Shown piece after piece: positions 9,310-20,631 of a stretch of DNA of 64,000 bases. Numbering within the stretch: the first letter of the stretch is position 1; each line of letters begins with the position of its first letter. The stretch is from positions 301,300 through 365,299 of the IMG/VR virus record IMGVR_UViG_3300038424_000251. The stretch is one strand, 5' to 3'. The notes beneath the pieces were generated by a model. The model saw only the letters and a program-made list of their open reading frames with translations. It was not told the origin of the DNA and did not search any database. The position numbers were made by a program, and so were the translations under genes.

Positions 9310-11874
9310 ATGCATCATTTCATTTATCCATCACAAGACACATTCATAACCAACACTGTAGGACTTGAAGACCTAAATTTTGGATTGGATGAAATTTTGC
9401 GTGTAGGTACTGAAACGATTACTGTTAAAAGCACATCACCAACTACAACTATTCCTATCTTTGGAACGGTATTAAATTTATGTGTGTCAGGATTTTCAGG
9501 TTCTATTGTTAATTCTTCCATTTATGGGACAGCATCATTTGCATCGGGAGTGATTACAAGTAGTATTGATGCAAATGTAACTGCTTCTAATTTTAATGGA
9601 ATATTGACAGGTAGTTATCTTTCATCTTCTTTATTGAGTGGTTCAGCTTTTACAGGTTCATTGACAAATTTCAGTGGTAGTTTTACAGGTATTTTTAGTG
9701 GAAGTGTTTCTGGTTATCTTTGGACTGATTATTTACAGTACTTTAACGGTAATGTGATTGGGTTTACTGGTCAAATTATTTCAGGAAGTGTTAATGGAGC
9801 TGACATTTTACCACAACAAAATACAACCATTTCTGATATAATTTATGATAATAGAGCATTAGTTCAATTTGACATAACTGCTATTTCTCAGTCCATTGCT
9901 AGTAGGGATATTGTTAATCCAGAATTTAGACTAAAATTAAAGGTAGCAAGGGAATTTGAATTACCTATACAATATCATATTTATGCTTTTCCAATTTCTG
10001 AAAGTTGGGTAATGGGTAATGGATATGTATCTGATAACGGTTCATCACAGGGGGCTAACTGGATATATAGAGATTATGATGGAGGCACACCTTGGGCTAC
10101 TACAGGTTCATCTTATATTTCATCTTTATCTGTTACTCAGTCTTTTAATTATCAGGTTGGTGACATCAATGTGGATGTTACACCCATTGTCAATGCATGG
10201 GTAAGTGGAACAGTTCCTAATAATGGAATTGTTTTAATCAGCGGTGATGAATTTGCACCAACAAGTTCAGGTATGAGTTTGTATTTCTTTAGTAAGGATA
10301 CTAACACTATTTATGAACCTATTTTGGATGTTGGATGGAGTGATTTTTCTTGGTCAACGGGTAGTATAATCACTTCTAGTGCGAATATTTCTACAATTCC
10401 TGCAGGTATTTCTGGAAGTGTTAGTGATAGTGGTTCTATAAGTGGTTTCCTATTTGGTTGTTTCACAGGATTTGGTAATATGTCCTTTTCTTCTAGTATT
10501 GACCCTATTAGTGGCTCTAGTGGTTCTTTTATCACAAATTCTTATGCGAGTGGGATAATTCAAGCAACTGGACTTTCTGGGTTGATAACAAGTATGTCTA
10601 TCAATGGGGATTTTGTTGGTATGGTTAGTAGTTCTACAGTTTGTTTAATTTCTACTTGTAGTTCATGCATACCAAACTTTTATTCCAGAACTGGTGATAG
10701 TTGGGTTATTGATGGTCAATTTCCGTCAATGTATTCTCCATATCCTAATGTGCCGGGGTTTGTACAGGAAGGTCTAGCATATCTTAATCAAGGTCAAAAT
10801 CAATCACAATACGAAGGTCATGACATATATGGTTGGGGTGATAAGTTTAATGAATTTAACCAATATGACTGGACGAGTGACCACGTTTTTCAGGAGGAAT
10901 TTGGACCGGGTTCCATACCGTTTTTTGTAAATAAAGGATGTAATTGCAATCCTACTCAACAAGGAGCGATAGCATATTCCTATTCTAGTAGTCTATATAA
11001 CTGTGCAACTGGCGATCCATGTATTCAATCTGCAATTGATAATACAACATGTCTTGGTCCATGTAATCCTTCTTTATCTATTACAATATCATTAATTATG
11101 GGAACTTTTACAGATGGAATTTTTAGTGGAAGTGTTTTTACTTCAAGTTTCTGTGATGGATATCTTTTGGGTAGAGGGTTTTTGATTGGTAATTGGAATG
11201 AATCAATGATAGATGGTACTATCATAAGTTCATCATATCCATCATCATTTCCTTCTGGAATTGTAGTAACTTTTGATGGTAATTATTTCAGTGGGTCAGC
11301 ATTTGGGTCTGTAACGGAACTTCCATTGACTAATAGTTATTCCACTTCTAGTTATGGTATATTTAGTGGTGTATTTATTAATGGTCTTCTTGCCGGCTAT
11401 AAGATTTATGCGCCGTTTTCTGGAAGTATAATGAGCTCTAGTTACAGTTACACAAGTAGCCTCAATACAACTTCATCGGTTATCAATCCTGTTAATGTTA
11501 AAAGTTCATTTGCTACAGTAATTCAGAATGTTCCATCATCTGTAACTGCTGGTGATATAATTAAGGTAAATGTTTTTGCTAGACCAGAGTTTCCACTTAA
11601 AAATTTTGACAGACAAACCCAATTTACTCAATTTCTTATTCCACAATATTTGCCTACGTCATCATATTATGCAATTAAAGATAATGAAACCGAAGAAATG
11701 ATACTTGATTTTGACCAATATACACAATTAAGTTGTAATCTTAATGGTAATTATTTTATGCTAGATACCACAAGTTTTCCACAGGAAAGATATTTCAAAA
11801 TCTTAGTAAGAGTAGAACAAAGTGGAAGTGTTTATACTCTTGACCATAATAATATTTTTAAAATTGTTAGATAA
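9310..11874 (+). CDS. Tail/baseplate structural protein with a DNRLRE-like domain, Gly/Ser repeats and a Cys-rich insert
   Basis: DTFIT..RALVQFDI..VTPIVNAWVSG..NNGIVL pattern; FSGS repeats. Confidence 0.6.
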   Translation: MHHFIYPSQDTFITNTVGLEDLNFGLDEILRVGTETITVKSTSPTTTIPIFGTVLNLCVSGFSGSIVNSSIYGTASFASGVITSSIDANVTASNFNGILTGSYLSSSLLSGSAFTGSLTNFSGSFTGIFSGSVSGYLWTDYLQYFNGNVIGFTGQIISGSVNGADILPQQNTTISDIIYDNRALVQFDITAISQSIASRDIVNPEFRLKLKVAREFELPIQYHIYAFPISESWVMGNGYVSDNGSSQGANWIYRDYDGGTPWATTGSSYISSLSVTQSFNYQVGDINVDVTPIVNAWVSGTVPNNGIVLISGDEFAPTSSGMSLYFFSKDTNTIYEPILDVGWSDFSWSTGSIITSSANISTIPAGISGSVSDSGSISGFLFGCFTGFGNMSFSSSIDPISGSSGSFITNSYASGIIQATGLSGLITSMSINGDFVGMVSSSTVCLISTCSSCIPNFYSRTGDSWVIDGQFPSMYSPYPNVPGFVQEGLAYLNQGQNQSQYEGHDIYGWGDKFNEFNQYDWTSDHVFQEEFGPGSIPFFVNKGCNCNPTQQGAIAYSYSSSLYNCATGDPCIQSAIDNTTCLGPCNPSLSITISLIMGTFTDGIFSGSVFTSSFCDGYLLGRGFLIGNWNESMIDGTIISSSYPSSFPSGIVVTFDGNYFSGSAFGSVTELPLTNSYSTSSYGIFSGVFINGLLAGYKIYAPFSGSIMSSSYSYTSSLNTTSSVINPVNVKSSFATVIQNVPSSVTAGDIIKVNVFARPEFPLKNFDRQTQFTQFLIPQYLPTSSYYAIKDNETEEMILDFDQYTQLSCNLNGNYFMLDTTSFPQERYFKILVRVEQSGSVYTLDHNNIFKIVR

Positions 11875-11875
11875 T

Positions 11876-12367
11876 ATGACGGATTTCAGTCAACAAATAG
11901 CAAGTTTCATAAATTACGGGACATATAATTATCGATTTGATAGTATAGGTAACGAAATTTTAAATCAGTCTTCGTCTATTTTTCAACAAGTTTATTTTAA
12001 TCTTCCTCTGGGAAATTTTGTTTATAACAATTCTAAAGTATTATCTTTTTATAATCCAACATTTACGGAATTTGTTCCAGCTTCGCCAACAAGTTCAACA
12101 TCTGCATCATTGTCATCATCATTTCCACAAGCTGCTATTGACCAAATTAATGCAATTACATATCAAAATACTCAATTACAAAGCCAATTAAATTCTGTGG
12201 TTGCTAGTAGCTCAATAAATACAAGTTCTGCTGATATACAATCTATAGAAAATACGATTATTAATCTTAGAATTCAATTAGGGCAAGGTTCTGTTCCAAA
12301 TGATTTCCAAGATATATATCCATATCTTCCGATTCCACCAGAACAAAAAAATCCACCATCACAATAA
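11876..12367 (+). CDS. Hypothetical structural protein
   Basis: ATG at 11876 directly follows the previous stop and is preferred to GTG 11822; short coiled coil. Confidence 0.6.
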   Translation: MTDFSQQIASFINYGTYNYRFDSIGNEILNQSSSIFQQVYFNLPLGNFVYNNSKVLSFYNPTFTEFVPASPTSSTSASLSSSFPQAAIDQINAITYQNTQLQSQLNSVVASSSINTSSADIQSIENTIINLRIQLGQGSVPNDFQDIYPYLPIPPEQKNPPSQ

Positions 12368-12369
12368 AT

Positions 12370-15300
12370 ATGTCATTACCATATACAATTTTAGGTGAAT
12401 TCACAGGCAGTATTGAATCTGCTTCGGTTTTGAGTGTACAAGATACATCATTACTTTATGTTTCTCAAAGCTCAGATATTTGGTTCGGTCTTTCTACTAA
12501 TGATGCAATTGAAATAGGTGCATATTCTACAGACGATCAAACTCTTATAGCATGGGGAACTATTGGTCAAGATAAGACATTTCAAACAATTACATTAACA
12601 TATTTGAATAATCTTAACATGCCTGTAAGTTATTCATACAGCCAACTTATTAATCCATTTACACTTTATAAAAATAATTCAATATTATTTCAACCACCAT
12701 TTGATTTAAATGGAATAGGAATTACTAGTGGAAGTTATACTGTGTCTTATAATTTTGTAAGAGAAGTGGCAGGTAATTTATCATCATCTCTTACAATCAA
12801 GGATATTTCTCCATCAAGAACTGAAATAAAACTTATACCATCCAATACATTTGATATTGAATATAGTTCTTTCTGTATTAAAAAGTTTCCAATTAGAGAT
12901 GTGGCTCCTGTTTTGTTGTCAATTATTAAAAATTTTCCTTATGATACAATTTATGAGGAAATGAGTTCTTTAAGTCAATATCAAGATGGTATTTCTTTTT
13001 TGAAATTTGTTTTTTTTCTTACTGATGACGGTTCTGTTATAAATTTGTTAAAAAATTTATACGAAGATTACATAAAATATACTTTTGTAACTCCAACAAC
13101 AAATACTTTACAACAACCTGTAACTATAAAGAGAATTCAGGGTATAAGAACATATTATAGTAATTATTTATTACAAAGTTATAGACATATTGCTGATTTT
13201 AATGATATTAGACAACAGTATATCAATTTTGTAAATGCTCGATTAGATGAAAAATTCAGCCAACTTTTAAATTCACAAGACCAAGGATATAAAGATGCTA
13301 GACAGTTTTGTTATGATTTCTTTGTGACATATTTTTATGACAATGCTGTTAGTCCATTACAATCCAGTTACGAAGACAAATATTTTGGATATTTAAAAAA
13401 CGTACTAAATTTTGGAAATAATAAATATTTCTCAATATTAGATATAGGATATCTTGATGAAAGGACAATTCCTACAGACCCTCTGACTCTTATTGTAAAA
13501 TTATCATCGGCACTTTCTTCTGATATTTCAATAAAGGATACGTGCTGGGTATCTAATTTTGGTATGGTGCCTTATGTGTTTACTGCTATTTTACAAGCAC
13601 CGGTACAATATCAAACTATAACAATTTCTTCCCCAAATTTTGGACCACCGCAAAATCTTATTAATGTAGGGAATTCTAACATTTTATATTCAGCAGATGA
13701 CCTTTCTTATCCATCTACTATAGAAAATAGTATTAGAATTAACAAAAATATTGCTAAATTGAATACGGATTATACTGATTATAATAATTTTGTGGTATTC
13801 TCGTCTGCACAAAACAGGCTTAATATTTTTAAGAATAAGATGATTCAATGGACAGTTTTGAGTGCTTCGATAGTGGAACTTAATAATAGATATAATAGTT
13901 CATTATCATCTTCAATACCTTATCAATATTATTTTAATGAATTATCTAGTTTTAGTACACAAAGTAACCAAATAGTTGATTCATTCGATGGATTTGAGTC
14001 CTATTTATTTAATTCTGGTTTCTACCAATATAATTTGCAGTCTGGTTCATTTTATAGTGCGAGTTATATAAGTGATGCAGACTTTAGTGCAAGTCTATAT
14101 GACACAAATAATAGAGATAGTCTTTCATCAAATGTACCCCAATATATTATTGATGACGACAACTATTCAGAGTATTTGACCTTTTTGAATATGATAGGTC
14201 ATCATTTTGATGATATTTACACATATATTTCTGCTATGCCTATTGAAAGGCAGGTAAAAAATGAATTTACTTCTAGCCTTCCAACCAATACATTAAAAGA
14301 AATGTTGTATTCTTTTGGATGGGATGTCGATGATATTATTGGGTCGCTAGACCTTGACGAAGTATATCTGAACAGTATGAATTCAGCATCTTATAATGCT
14401 TTATCTTCCCAACAGAGACTTCAAATTATATGGAATCGCATTCTCATTAGTTTACCGGGCATCTATAAGACCAAGGGTACAGAACAATGTGTGGATTATT
14501 TGTTGTCATGTTATGGTTTACCTTCATCGATGCTTACGATAAGAGAATATGGTGGGACAGATTATGCTAGCGATATATCTCCTACATATGAACTAGATGA
14601 AAAAATGTATATGCTCCAATTCTCAGGCGTGAGTGATTACATTGAAGGACCAATACCATATTCAGTTATGACAACAGAATTCAAATTTTCCATTGGTTCT
14701 GACCCTAACAATACTTATTACCCAAATTTTAAATTTTTCCCATTATTTACAAGTATTCCATATCCATATTCAAGTTCTTATAATTTTAATTGGGCTTTAG
14801 GATTCTATAGAGTTCCGGGTCAATATACTGGAAAAGTTGTGTTTCAAATGGGTTCTGGTTCTTCAGGTATTAATATAACAAGTAGTGTATTGCCTATTTT
14901 CAATGGTGATATTTTTAGTGTGATGTTGAGAAGAAATTATCCAAATTCTTTATTTGACCCATCTACAGATTTAAATGATATTCCTACTGAATATGATTTA
15001 ACCGTTCAAAGGAATGAAAATGGAAGAAAAATTTTTTATTCTACATCCGATGCAATTTTTTATAATAATGACAATGATGTATTTTCTCAATTTGGTAAAT
15101 TTAGATTAAGTGATGGAACATTTAAAGGGGCATTGGATAAATTATTAATTTGGGATGTTCCTATTGATGATAACGATTTTGAAGAACACGTTGATGATTT
15201 AAATTCATATGGTTTTAGTGGTTCTGTTCCTTATCAACATTTATGGGTAAGATTAAATTGGGATTATCCACAAAACATGTATTATTATAGTGGTTCTGTG

Positions 15301-17232
15301 TGGGTTGATAATGAATCTCCATACTATGCTATTCCAAACTATTACACAGACCAAACTCTTACTACTGTTAATCCTACTTTATATTCTGCATCTTTGAGTA
15401 TTATTGAACAAAATTGGCAATCTTATTATCCGACAGGTTCAGTTGAAATTATTGCTCATAACTTTCCAGAAGCAATTGGAAATGCTTTTTCTGCTTCTTG
15501 GGTTGGTTATCCTACATGTCAATGGTTTTCTCAATCAGTTTATCCATATCAATTTCAAGAATTGACATACCAACAGAATATTGATGCATCTAAATTTGGA
15601 CCTAATAAATATAAAAATGTTAAAATCCGAACATTATCTTATAATCTCGATACTAGACTTGACCCATTTGACAGGTCAACCATTAATCCTGATATAACAG
15701 TTTCAGGTGAGTCTAATCAACTTGGATTTTTTATTGACCCACAGGATTCTAAAAATAAAGATATTTTGAGATATGTTGGTAAAAGCGGCATTATGGGGCT
15801 TATTGGTAATACATCTGACCTTTACAATGACAAATATGCAAATTTAGTTAATAAAAATTATGAATATAATACAAATGGTAATAAAAGAACATATTTTAAT
15901 GAATTATTGACAGTATATAAATTTTATTTTGATAAATCTATTTTTCAAGCTATACGAAATATTATACCAGCTAGAGCTAATTCTTATACAGGTGTGGTAA
16001 TTGAGCCAACACTTCTTGAAAGACCAAAATATCAAAATAGGCCAATAACAGCTAGTCTTGACATTTCATATAAAACTCCAACTGTAATAAAAAATATTTA
16101 TAATTTTGATGAATGTCTTTTTTGGACAGATTTTAATACTGACTGGACATTGGTAAACGGTGGTTTTCCACAATTACAACAGTCTATGGCAAACTCTATG
16201 CCTCCAAGTTATAGTGATATAATAGACTTAACATACATAGATGACCCTACAGAAGTAAAGCCTTCTAATATTGGAAGTGGATATTATACTGATTTCATGG
16301 ATAAAATTCAACATTCCTTCTATCCTGATTTTGAATTATTGCCTAGATTGTGGGAAACATCTTCATCAGGACCATTATCATCTAATTACACCATTCCTAT
16401 TTATGGTTCGGTAACTTCTCAAGATGAAGGTGGTAGATTTATAATTGGACCTGACCACGGTGTTAATTATCCAAATAAATTCTTTTCAGGTTCTAATCAA
16501 GGAAATCATCCAATTCTATACTATATGGTAAAAGTGTGGGATAAATATTATTATTATGCCAAAACAGGGGAATATATTCGTTCTGATAATCCATTAGATA
16601 ACACATATTCATCCTCGTCGCTATATCTTTATAGATACGTTATGCTTGATGAACATTATATGAGAAATCTAATATATTTTACGGATTTAGTATCATTGCC
16701 TGTATATGACTCATCAAGCTATTCTTATACATATGATTTTGTTGCAAATGCATATCTTCATAGAACTAACACGTTTCTTGGAACACCAGATCAAAAAGTA
16801 AGTAATATAAGTGCTTCTGCAAATATATTTACACCTATTACCAAAACCAACTTTAATTTAAATATAAGTCCTTTATCACAATATTTTGAATTGGTTTCTG
16901 GTTATCCAAGAAATCATTATTCTCATAAATTACAACAATTCTCAAAAATAAAATATGGAACCTATGGTAATAGAATTTTTATTAAAGGACAAGAAACATC
17001 AGATTCAACGATTAATAGTAATGGTATTAACGATGGAAGTTCTCCTGTTCAATCAACTAACGTCAGTAATGTTACTGTAATAAATGCTAGTAATGTTATT
17101 CAAACTGTTCCTTCTTCAACTACTGGTCAAATAGTTTTATCTGGTGGAGGTTCGGCTGGGCCAACCAGACGACCTAGTAAGGGTCCTCCCAGTAGGGGCG
17201 GTCCTCCCGGTAGTAGGGGCGGCTCCAGTTAA
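12370..17232 (+). CDS. Large baseplate wedge protein (gp7-like) with a probable LamG-like beta domain
   Basis: 1620 aa; LPGIYKTKGT..LLSCYG wedge motif; FKGALDKLLIWD..EEHV LamG-like ending; position in the baseplate cluster. Confidence 0.55.
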   Translation: MSLPYTILGEFTGSIESASVLSVQDTSLLYVSQSSDIWFGLSTNDAIEIGAYSTDDQTLIAWGTIGQDKTFQTITLTYLNNLNMPVSYSYSQLINPFTLYKNNSILFQPPFDLNGIGITSGSYTVSYNFVREVAGNLSSSLTIKDISPSRTEIKLIPSNTFDIEYSSFCIKKFPIRDVAPVLLSIIKNFPYDTIYEEMSSLSQYQDGISFLKFVFFLTDDGSVINLLKNLYEDYIKYTFVTPTTNTLQQPVTIKRIQGIRTYYSNYLLQSYRHIADFNDIRQQYINFVNARLDEKFSQLLNSQDQGYKDARQFCYDFFVTYFYDNAVSPLQSSYEDKYFGYLKNVLNFGNNKYFSILDIGYLDERTIPTDPLTLIVKLSSALSSDISIKDTCWVSNFGMVPYVFTAILQAPVQYQTITISSPNFGPPQNLINVGNSNILYSADDLSYPSTIENSIRINKNIAKLNTDYTDYNNFVVFSSAQNRLNIFKNKMIQWTVLSASIVELNNRYNSSLSSSIPYQYYFNELSSFSTQSNQIVDSFDGFESYLFNSGFYQYNLQSGSFYSASYISDADFSASLYDTNNRDSLSSNVPQYIIDDDNYSEYLTFLNMIGHHFDDIYTYISAMPIERQVKNEFTSSLPTNTLKEMLYSFGWDVDDIIGSLDLDEVYLNSMNSASYNALSSQQRLQIIWNRILISLPGIYKTKGTEQCVDYLLSCYGLPSSMLTIREYGGTDYASDISPTYELDEKMYMLQFSGVSDYIEGPIPYSVMTTEFKFSIGSDPNNTYYPNFKFFPLFTSIPYPYSSSYNFNWALGFYRVPGQYTGKVVFQMGSGSSGINITSSVLPIFNGDIFSVMLRRNYPNSLFDPSTDLNDIPTEYDLTVQRNENGRKIFYSTSDAIFYNNDNDVFSQFGKFRLSDGTFKGALDKLLIWDVPIDDNDFEEHVDDLNSYGFSGSVPYQHLWVRLNWDYPQNMYYYSGSVWVDNESPYYAIPNYYTDQTLTTVNPTLYSASLSIIEQNWQSYYPTGSVEIIAHNFPEAIGNAFSASWVGYPTCQWFSQSVYPYQFQELTYQQNIDASKFGPNKYKNVKIRTLSYNLDTRLDPFDRSTINPDITVSGESNQLGFFIDPQDSKNKDILRYVGKSGIMGLIGNTSDLYNDKYANLVNKNYEYNTNGNKRTYFNELLTVYKFYFDKSIFQAIRNIIPARANSYTGVVIEPTLLERPKYQNRPITASLDISYKTPTVIKNIYNFDECLFWTDFNTDWTLVNGGFPQLQQSMANSMPPSYSDIIDLTYIDDPTEVKPSNIGSGYYTDFMDKIQHSFYPDFELLPRLWETSSSGPLSSNYTIPIYGSVTSQDEGGRFIIGPDHGVNYPNKFFSGSNQGNHPILYYMVKVWDKYYYYAKTGEYIRSDNPLDNTYSSSSLYLYRYVMLDEHYMRNLIYFTDLVSLPVYDSSSYSYTYDFVANAYLHRTNTFLGTPDQKVSNISASANIFTPITKTNFNLNISPLSQYFELVSGYPRNHYSHKLQQFSKIKYGTYGNRIFIKGQETSDSTINSNGINDGSSPVQSTNVSNVTVINASNVIQTVPSSTTGQIVLSGGGSAGPTRRPSKGPPSRGGPPGSRGGSS

Positions 17233-17295
17233 AATATGGAAAGATGGAAAAAAACACATTTAAGAGAATACTTATAAGAGAAAAGAGAAATTCAT

Positions 17296-17952
17296 ATGGG
17301 ATATATTGACAATCAAACAATAACTGTAGATGCTATTCTTACTAAAAAAGGACGCCAGCTTCTGGCGCAGAATGGAAATCTGAATATTACATCATTTGCT
17401 TTGGCAGACGATGAAATTGACTATACACTTTATCAACCAAATCATCCAAATGGTAGTGCTTTTTATGATATTGCTATAAGAAATACACCTGTTTTTGAAC
17501 CTGTTTCCGATGAAACTCAGGTCATGAAATATAAATTGGTAAGTCTTAATCAAGGCGTTACTTCTATTCCTGTTATCAGTATTGCACAGGATAAAATTTC
17601 GGTTGCTAGTAATTATACTGGTCAGATTACCATTGCTCCTTCAACCAATCCACCTTATAATCTTACTCTTGGTTATACAGCAATTCTTGGAAATAAGAAT
17701 GTTGGTGTTTTGATTGTTTCTCAAGCTAATTCAATTAATTCTGTTTCTAGTACAATACCAGCATTTGCTGGTGATATCAATACATCCAGTTCACAGGTTG
17801 TTGTAGGACAAACTTTTATCTTTCTTCCGAATAGTAGTTTAGGTCAAACAACTTCTACGACATTGACAATTATTGGTAATGAATCTGGAGGTAGTTTGAG
17901 TATTGAAGTTACAGTAACAGTCCCACTGACGACTACTAATATAACAACATAA
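17296..17952 (+). CDS. Conserved virion structural protein (baseplate/tail)
   Basis: MGYIDNQTITVDAILTKKGRQLLA..FALADDEIDY; TACTTATA upstream. Confidence 0.6.
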   Translation: MGYIDNQTITVDAILTKKGRQLLAQNGNLNITSFALADDEIDYTLYQPNHPNGSAFYDIAIRNTPVFEPVSDETQVMKYKLVSLNQGVTSIPVISIAQDKISVASNYTGQITIAPSTNPPYNLTLGYTAILGNKNVGVLIVSQANSINSVSSTIPAFAGDINTSSSQVVVGQTFIFLPNSSLGQTTSTTLTIIGNESGGSLSIEVTVTVPLTTTNITT

Positions 17953-17962
17953 ATATAATTAT

Positions 17963-19147
17963 ATGATATTCAATCAATTTGACCCCACTGATATAGTAGC
18001 TGGTAGAACGAGTACCGTTACAAGTGGATTTTGGCCCGAAGGAGTTACCTTCCTAACTCAAAGTTCTTTTCTTGATGACTTTTTTGCACTAACCCAATCA
18101 GCAACTACACCATCACCTTCGTTCGGAGCATCAATTTATGATATTCGTAGAACCATGTATTATATTAATATATTTCCAGATACCACAACTTATGGTAATA
18201 ATGACCCATATTTTTCAGTAGCTTATGGTAATTATTATGGTGAATTTGGAAGTGGTTCTTTTGATTTAGATACTGGAAGTATTTTAGCGTTTGCACCCAA
18301 AGCTATTTATACGCAATATCAAAATTTATTGTTGGGAGAAGGAGAAACTGGATTGTTTCAATTTTTATCTGGAAGTTCTGCTAATCCTCAAATGATTACT
18401 GGATATGATATATTTGTTATAAATTTTTCCTCTTATAAAATGAAAGACAAAGTTGATGAGGGTCTTTTTGAAATTACATTAACGGGGTCTAATGGTTCTA
18501 TAACTTTACGAGATGATTCACCATTCTTTTCTCAAGCTTCATCAGTTTATAATTTGATAATAGGGTCTATTAATGGTTCAACGACCACTTTGCCTTCATA
18601 TCAGGGTATTGGATTATTCTATCCAGAAGATGGTGTAGTTGTATTTAATGCTAAAATTATTGATCAACTCATAGGATTGAGTAATCTTTCAGGAACAGTT
18701 GGGCCGCCTAGTCCTAGTGGTGCTGGAACAGTATGTATGTCAAATTATAGTACTGGAAGTATTTCTGGTATACCTATTCTCGGCCAATTATCATTAGTCC
18801 CAACTACTGTAAATCATAAAGTATTCTTTTGGGCAATTCAGAATGCAAATAATACAATGAAAGTTCGTAAAACTGAATATGTTCCATCTCAGCATTATTT
18901 TGTGAGAGTTAAAAATCTTGATTTTAATTATTCTAATAATCCGACATATGTTTATGATGGTACAGACGGTATTCATGCTGCCGGAACTATATACAATTCT
19001 GATTTTATTACAAATCCAACAACATATATTACTACGATTGGTTTGTATGATGCTAGCAATGAACTGGTAGCAGTTGGTAAATTAAGTAGACCTGCTATAA
19101 AAACCTTTGACAATGAGCTTTTAATTAAGGTCAGATTGGATTTTTAA
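17963..19147 (+). CDS. Tail/baseplate structural protein
   Basis: C-terminal YITTIGLYD..ELVAVGKLSRP..KVRLDF, shared with the 21327 protein. Confidence 0.6.
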   Translation: MIFNQFDPTDIVAGRTSTVTSGFWPEGVTFLTQSSFLDDFFALTQSATTPSPSFGASIYDIRRTMYYINIFPDTTTYGNNDPYFSVAYGNYYGEFGSGSFDLDTGSILAFAPKAIYTQYQNLLLGEGETGLFQFLSGSSANPQMITGYDIFVINFSSYKMKDKVDEGLFEITLTGSNGSITLRDDSPFFSQASSVYNLIIGSINGSTTTLPSYQGIGLFYPEDGVVVFNAKIIDQLIGLSNLSGTVGPPSPSGAGTVCMSNYSTGSISGIPILGQLSLVPTTVNHKVFFWAIQNANNTMKVRKTEYVPSQHYFVRVKNLDFNYSNNPTYVYDGTDGIHAAGTIYNSDFITNPTTYITTIGLYDASNELVAVGKLSRPAIKTFDNELLIKVRLDF

Positions 19148-19156
19148 AATAATGAA

Positions 19157-20629
19157 ATGCTTAAATCACTTTATAAAGATGATACGCAAACCACACCTTT
19201 TGTTGCTACACAAAATTGGGAAGTATCCAATGTAATAAATGAGGATTTAATTCTCATGGAACATAGTGGAAGTGCTGGTCTACCTGTTGCTCTGGAGTAT
19301 ATTGATAATGAACTTTCTGGTCCTATAACTGCTAGTGCTTGTAATATTGCATTGGAACAACAAGAACTTGACTTAGCTTTGTTTAAAGATGGACTAAAAG
19401 TTACGGGAATTTTTTATCCTAACTCCGACCCTCAAAATCCAGATGGAACTTATCAACGGTGTGTTTATACACAAATTGCTGGTATGTTTTATAACAATTA
19501 TCGTGACCCTACAAAAATTTGGGGATTGGAAAACATTGATTTTGAAAATTCCAAAACAAAAAGATTTATAACTGATAAATTCAAAATGTTTGAAATTCCT
19601 CAAGCAGTTTTTGGAGAAAAAATGTTACCTAATACTATTGTGATGTATGATACTACAACAGATAATAATTATACTATTGTAGATGATGGTAATGGAAATT
19701 TGTTTGCTGGAACTAATTTATTTTCCCGTCAGCAAGAACTTGGTACATATCCAAATAATTTTGTAACTGCTAGTGATAGAGGTTGTGATTGGTATTGGGA
19801 ATCATTAACACCGAAGCCTTCCCTTTCTTTTATATTTGTTCCCCAAGATTGTATAGGAGCATATGGGTTTCGCTGTATAATAGATGTAAATGGTACACTC
19901 TATGGTACCGATGGTAGCAATTTCTTTTCTTCGCCTGATGGATACTATTGGACTTTTATAGGTGATGTCAATGATACAATTGTTAGTTTTATTTATGTAA
20001 ATTCTTTGTTTGTTGGTGTAGGGAATGATGGTGTAATATATACATCCTCAGATGCCATTGTCTGGTATCAACAAGTATCGCCCACACTATCCAATTTACA
20101 ATCAATAATTTATGCAAATGGACAATACGTTGCTGTAGGAACCGGCGGTACTACAATTCTTTCATTGAATGGAACTTTATGGACAAAACATGATTCTCCC
20201 GTAGGAAACGACCTGTATAGCGTAATTTACGCTCAAGGACAGTATGTCGCAGTTGGACGTGGTGGAATTGTTATCACGTCAACAAACGCTACTTTGTGGT
20301 CAGTCCAAATTTCTGGAGTAAGCAGTGAACTTCACCAAGTTATTTATGACGGCAATAACTTTGTTGCTGCAGGTTTTGGGGGTACTATTATAGTATCATC
20401 GAATGGAACTCTATGGAATATTCGAAGCAGCGATATCACAAATGACTTATATACTGTTCTATTTGATAATGGTGTGTATTACGTAGCAGGTTTAAATAAT
20501 ACTTTTTACCAGTCAACCGATACTATTGTATGGACGCCAGTTGTCCATGAACATTTTTCACCGGAAGTACGGGGACTTCTGGCCTATGGAAGTTCCATTA
20601 TAATTGGAAGACAATATACTACTGATTAA
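19157..20629 (+). CDS. Tail protein: conserved N-terminal domain plus a C-terminal beta-propeller (BNR/Ycf48-like repeats)
   Basis: Repeats of L.SVIYA.GQYVAVG..G.I..S.NGTLW; the N-terminal half is paralogous to 20632. Confidence 0.7.
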   Translation: MLKSLYKDDTQTTPFVATQNWEVSNVINEDLILMEHSGSAGLPVALEYIDNELSGPITASACNIALEQQELDLALFKDGLKVTGIFYPNSDPQNPDGTYQRCVYTQIAGMFYNNYRDPTKIWGLENIDFENSKTKRFITDKFKMFEIPQAVFGEKMLPNTIVMYDTTTDNNYTIVDDGNGNLFAGTNLFSRQQELGTYPNNFVTASDRGCDWYWESLTPKPSLSFIFVPQDCIGAYGFRCIIDVNGTLYGTDGSNFFSSPDGYYWTFIGDVNDTIVSFIYVNSLFVGVGNDGVIYTSSDAIVWYQQVSPTLSNLQSIIYANGQYVAVGTGGTTILSLNGTLWTKHDSPVGNDLYSVIYAQGQYVAVGRGGIVITSTNATLWSVQISGVSSELHQVIYDGNNFVAAGFGGTIIVSSNGTLWNIRSSDITNDLYTVLFDNGVYYVAGLNNTFYQSTDTIVWTPVVHEHFSPEVRGLLAYGSSIIIGRQYTTD

Positions 20630-20631
20630 AT

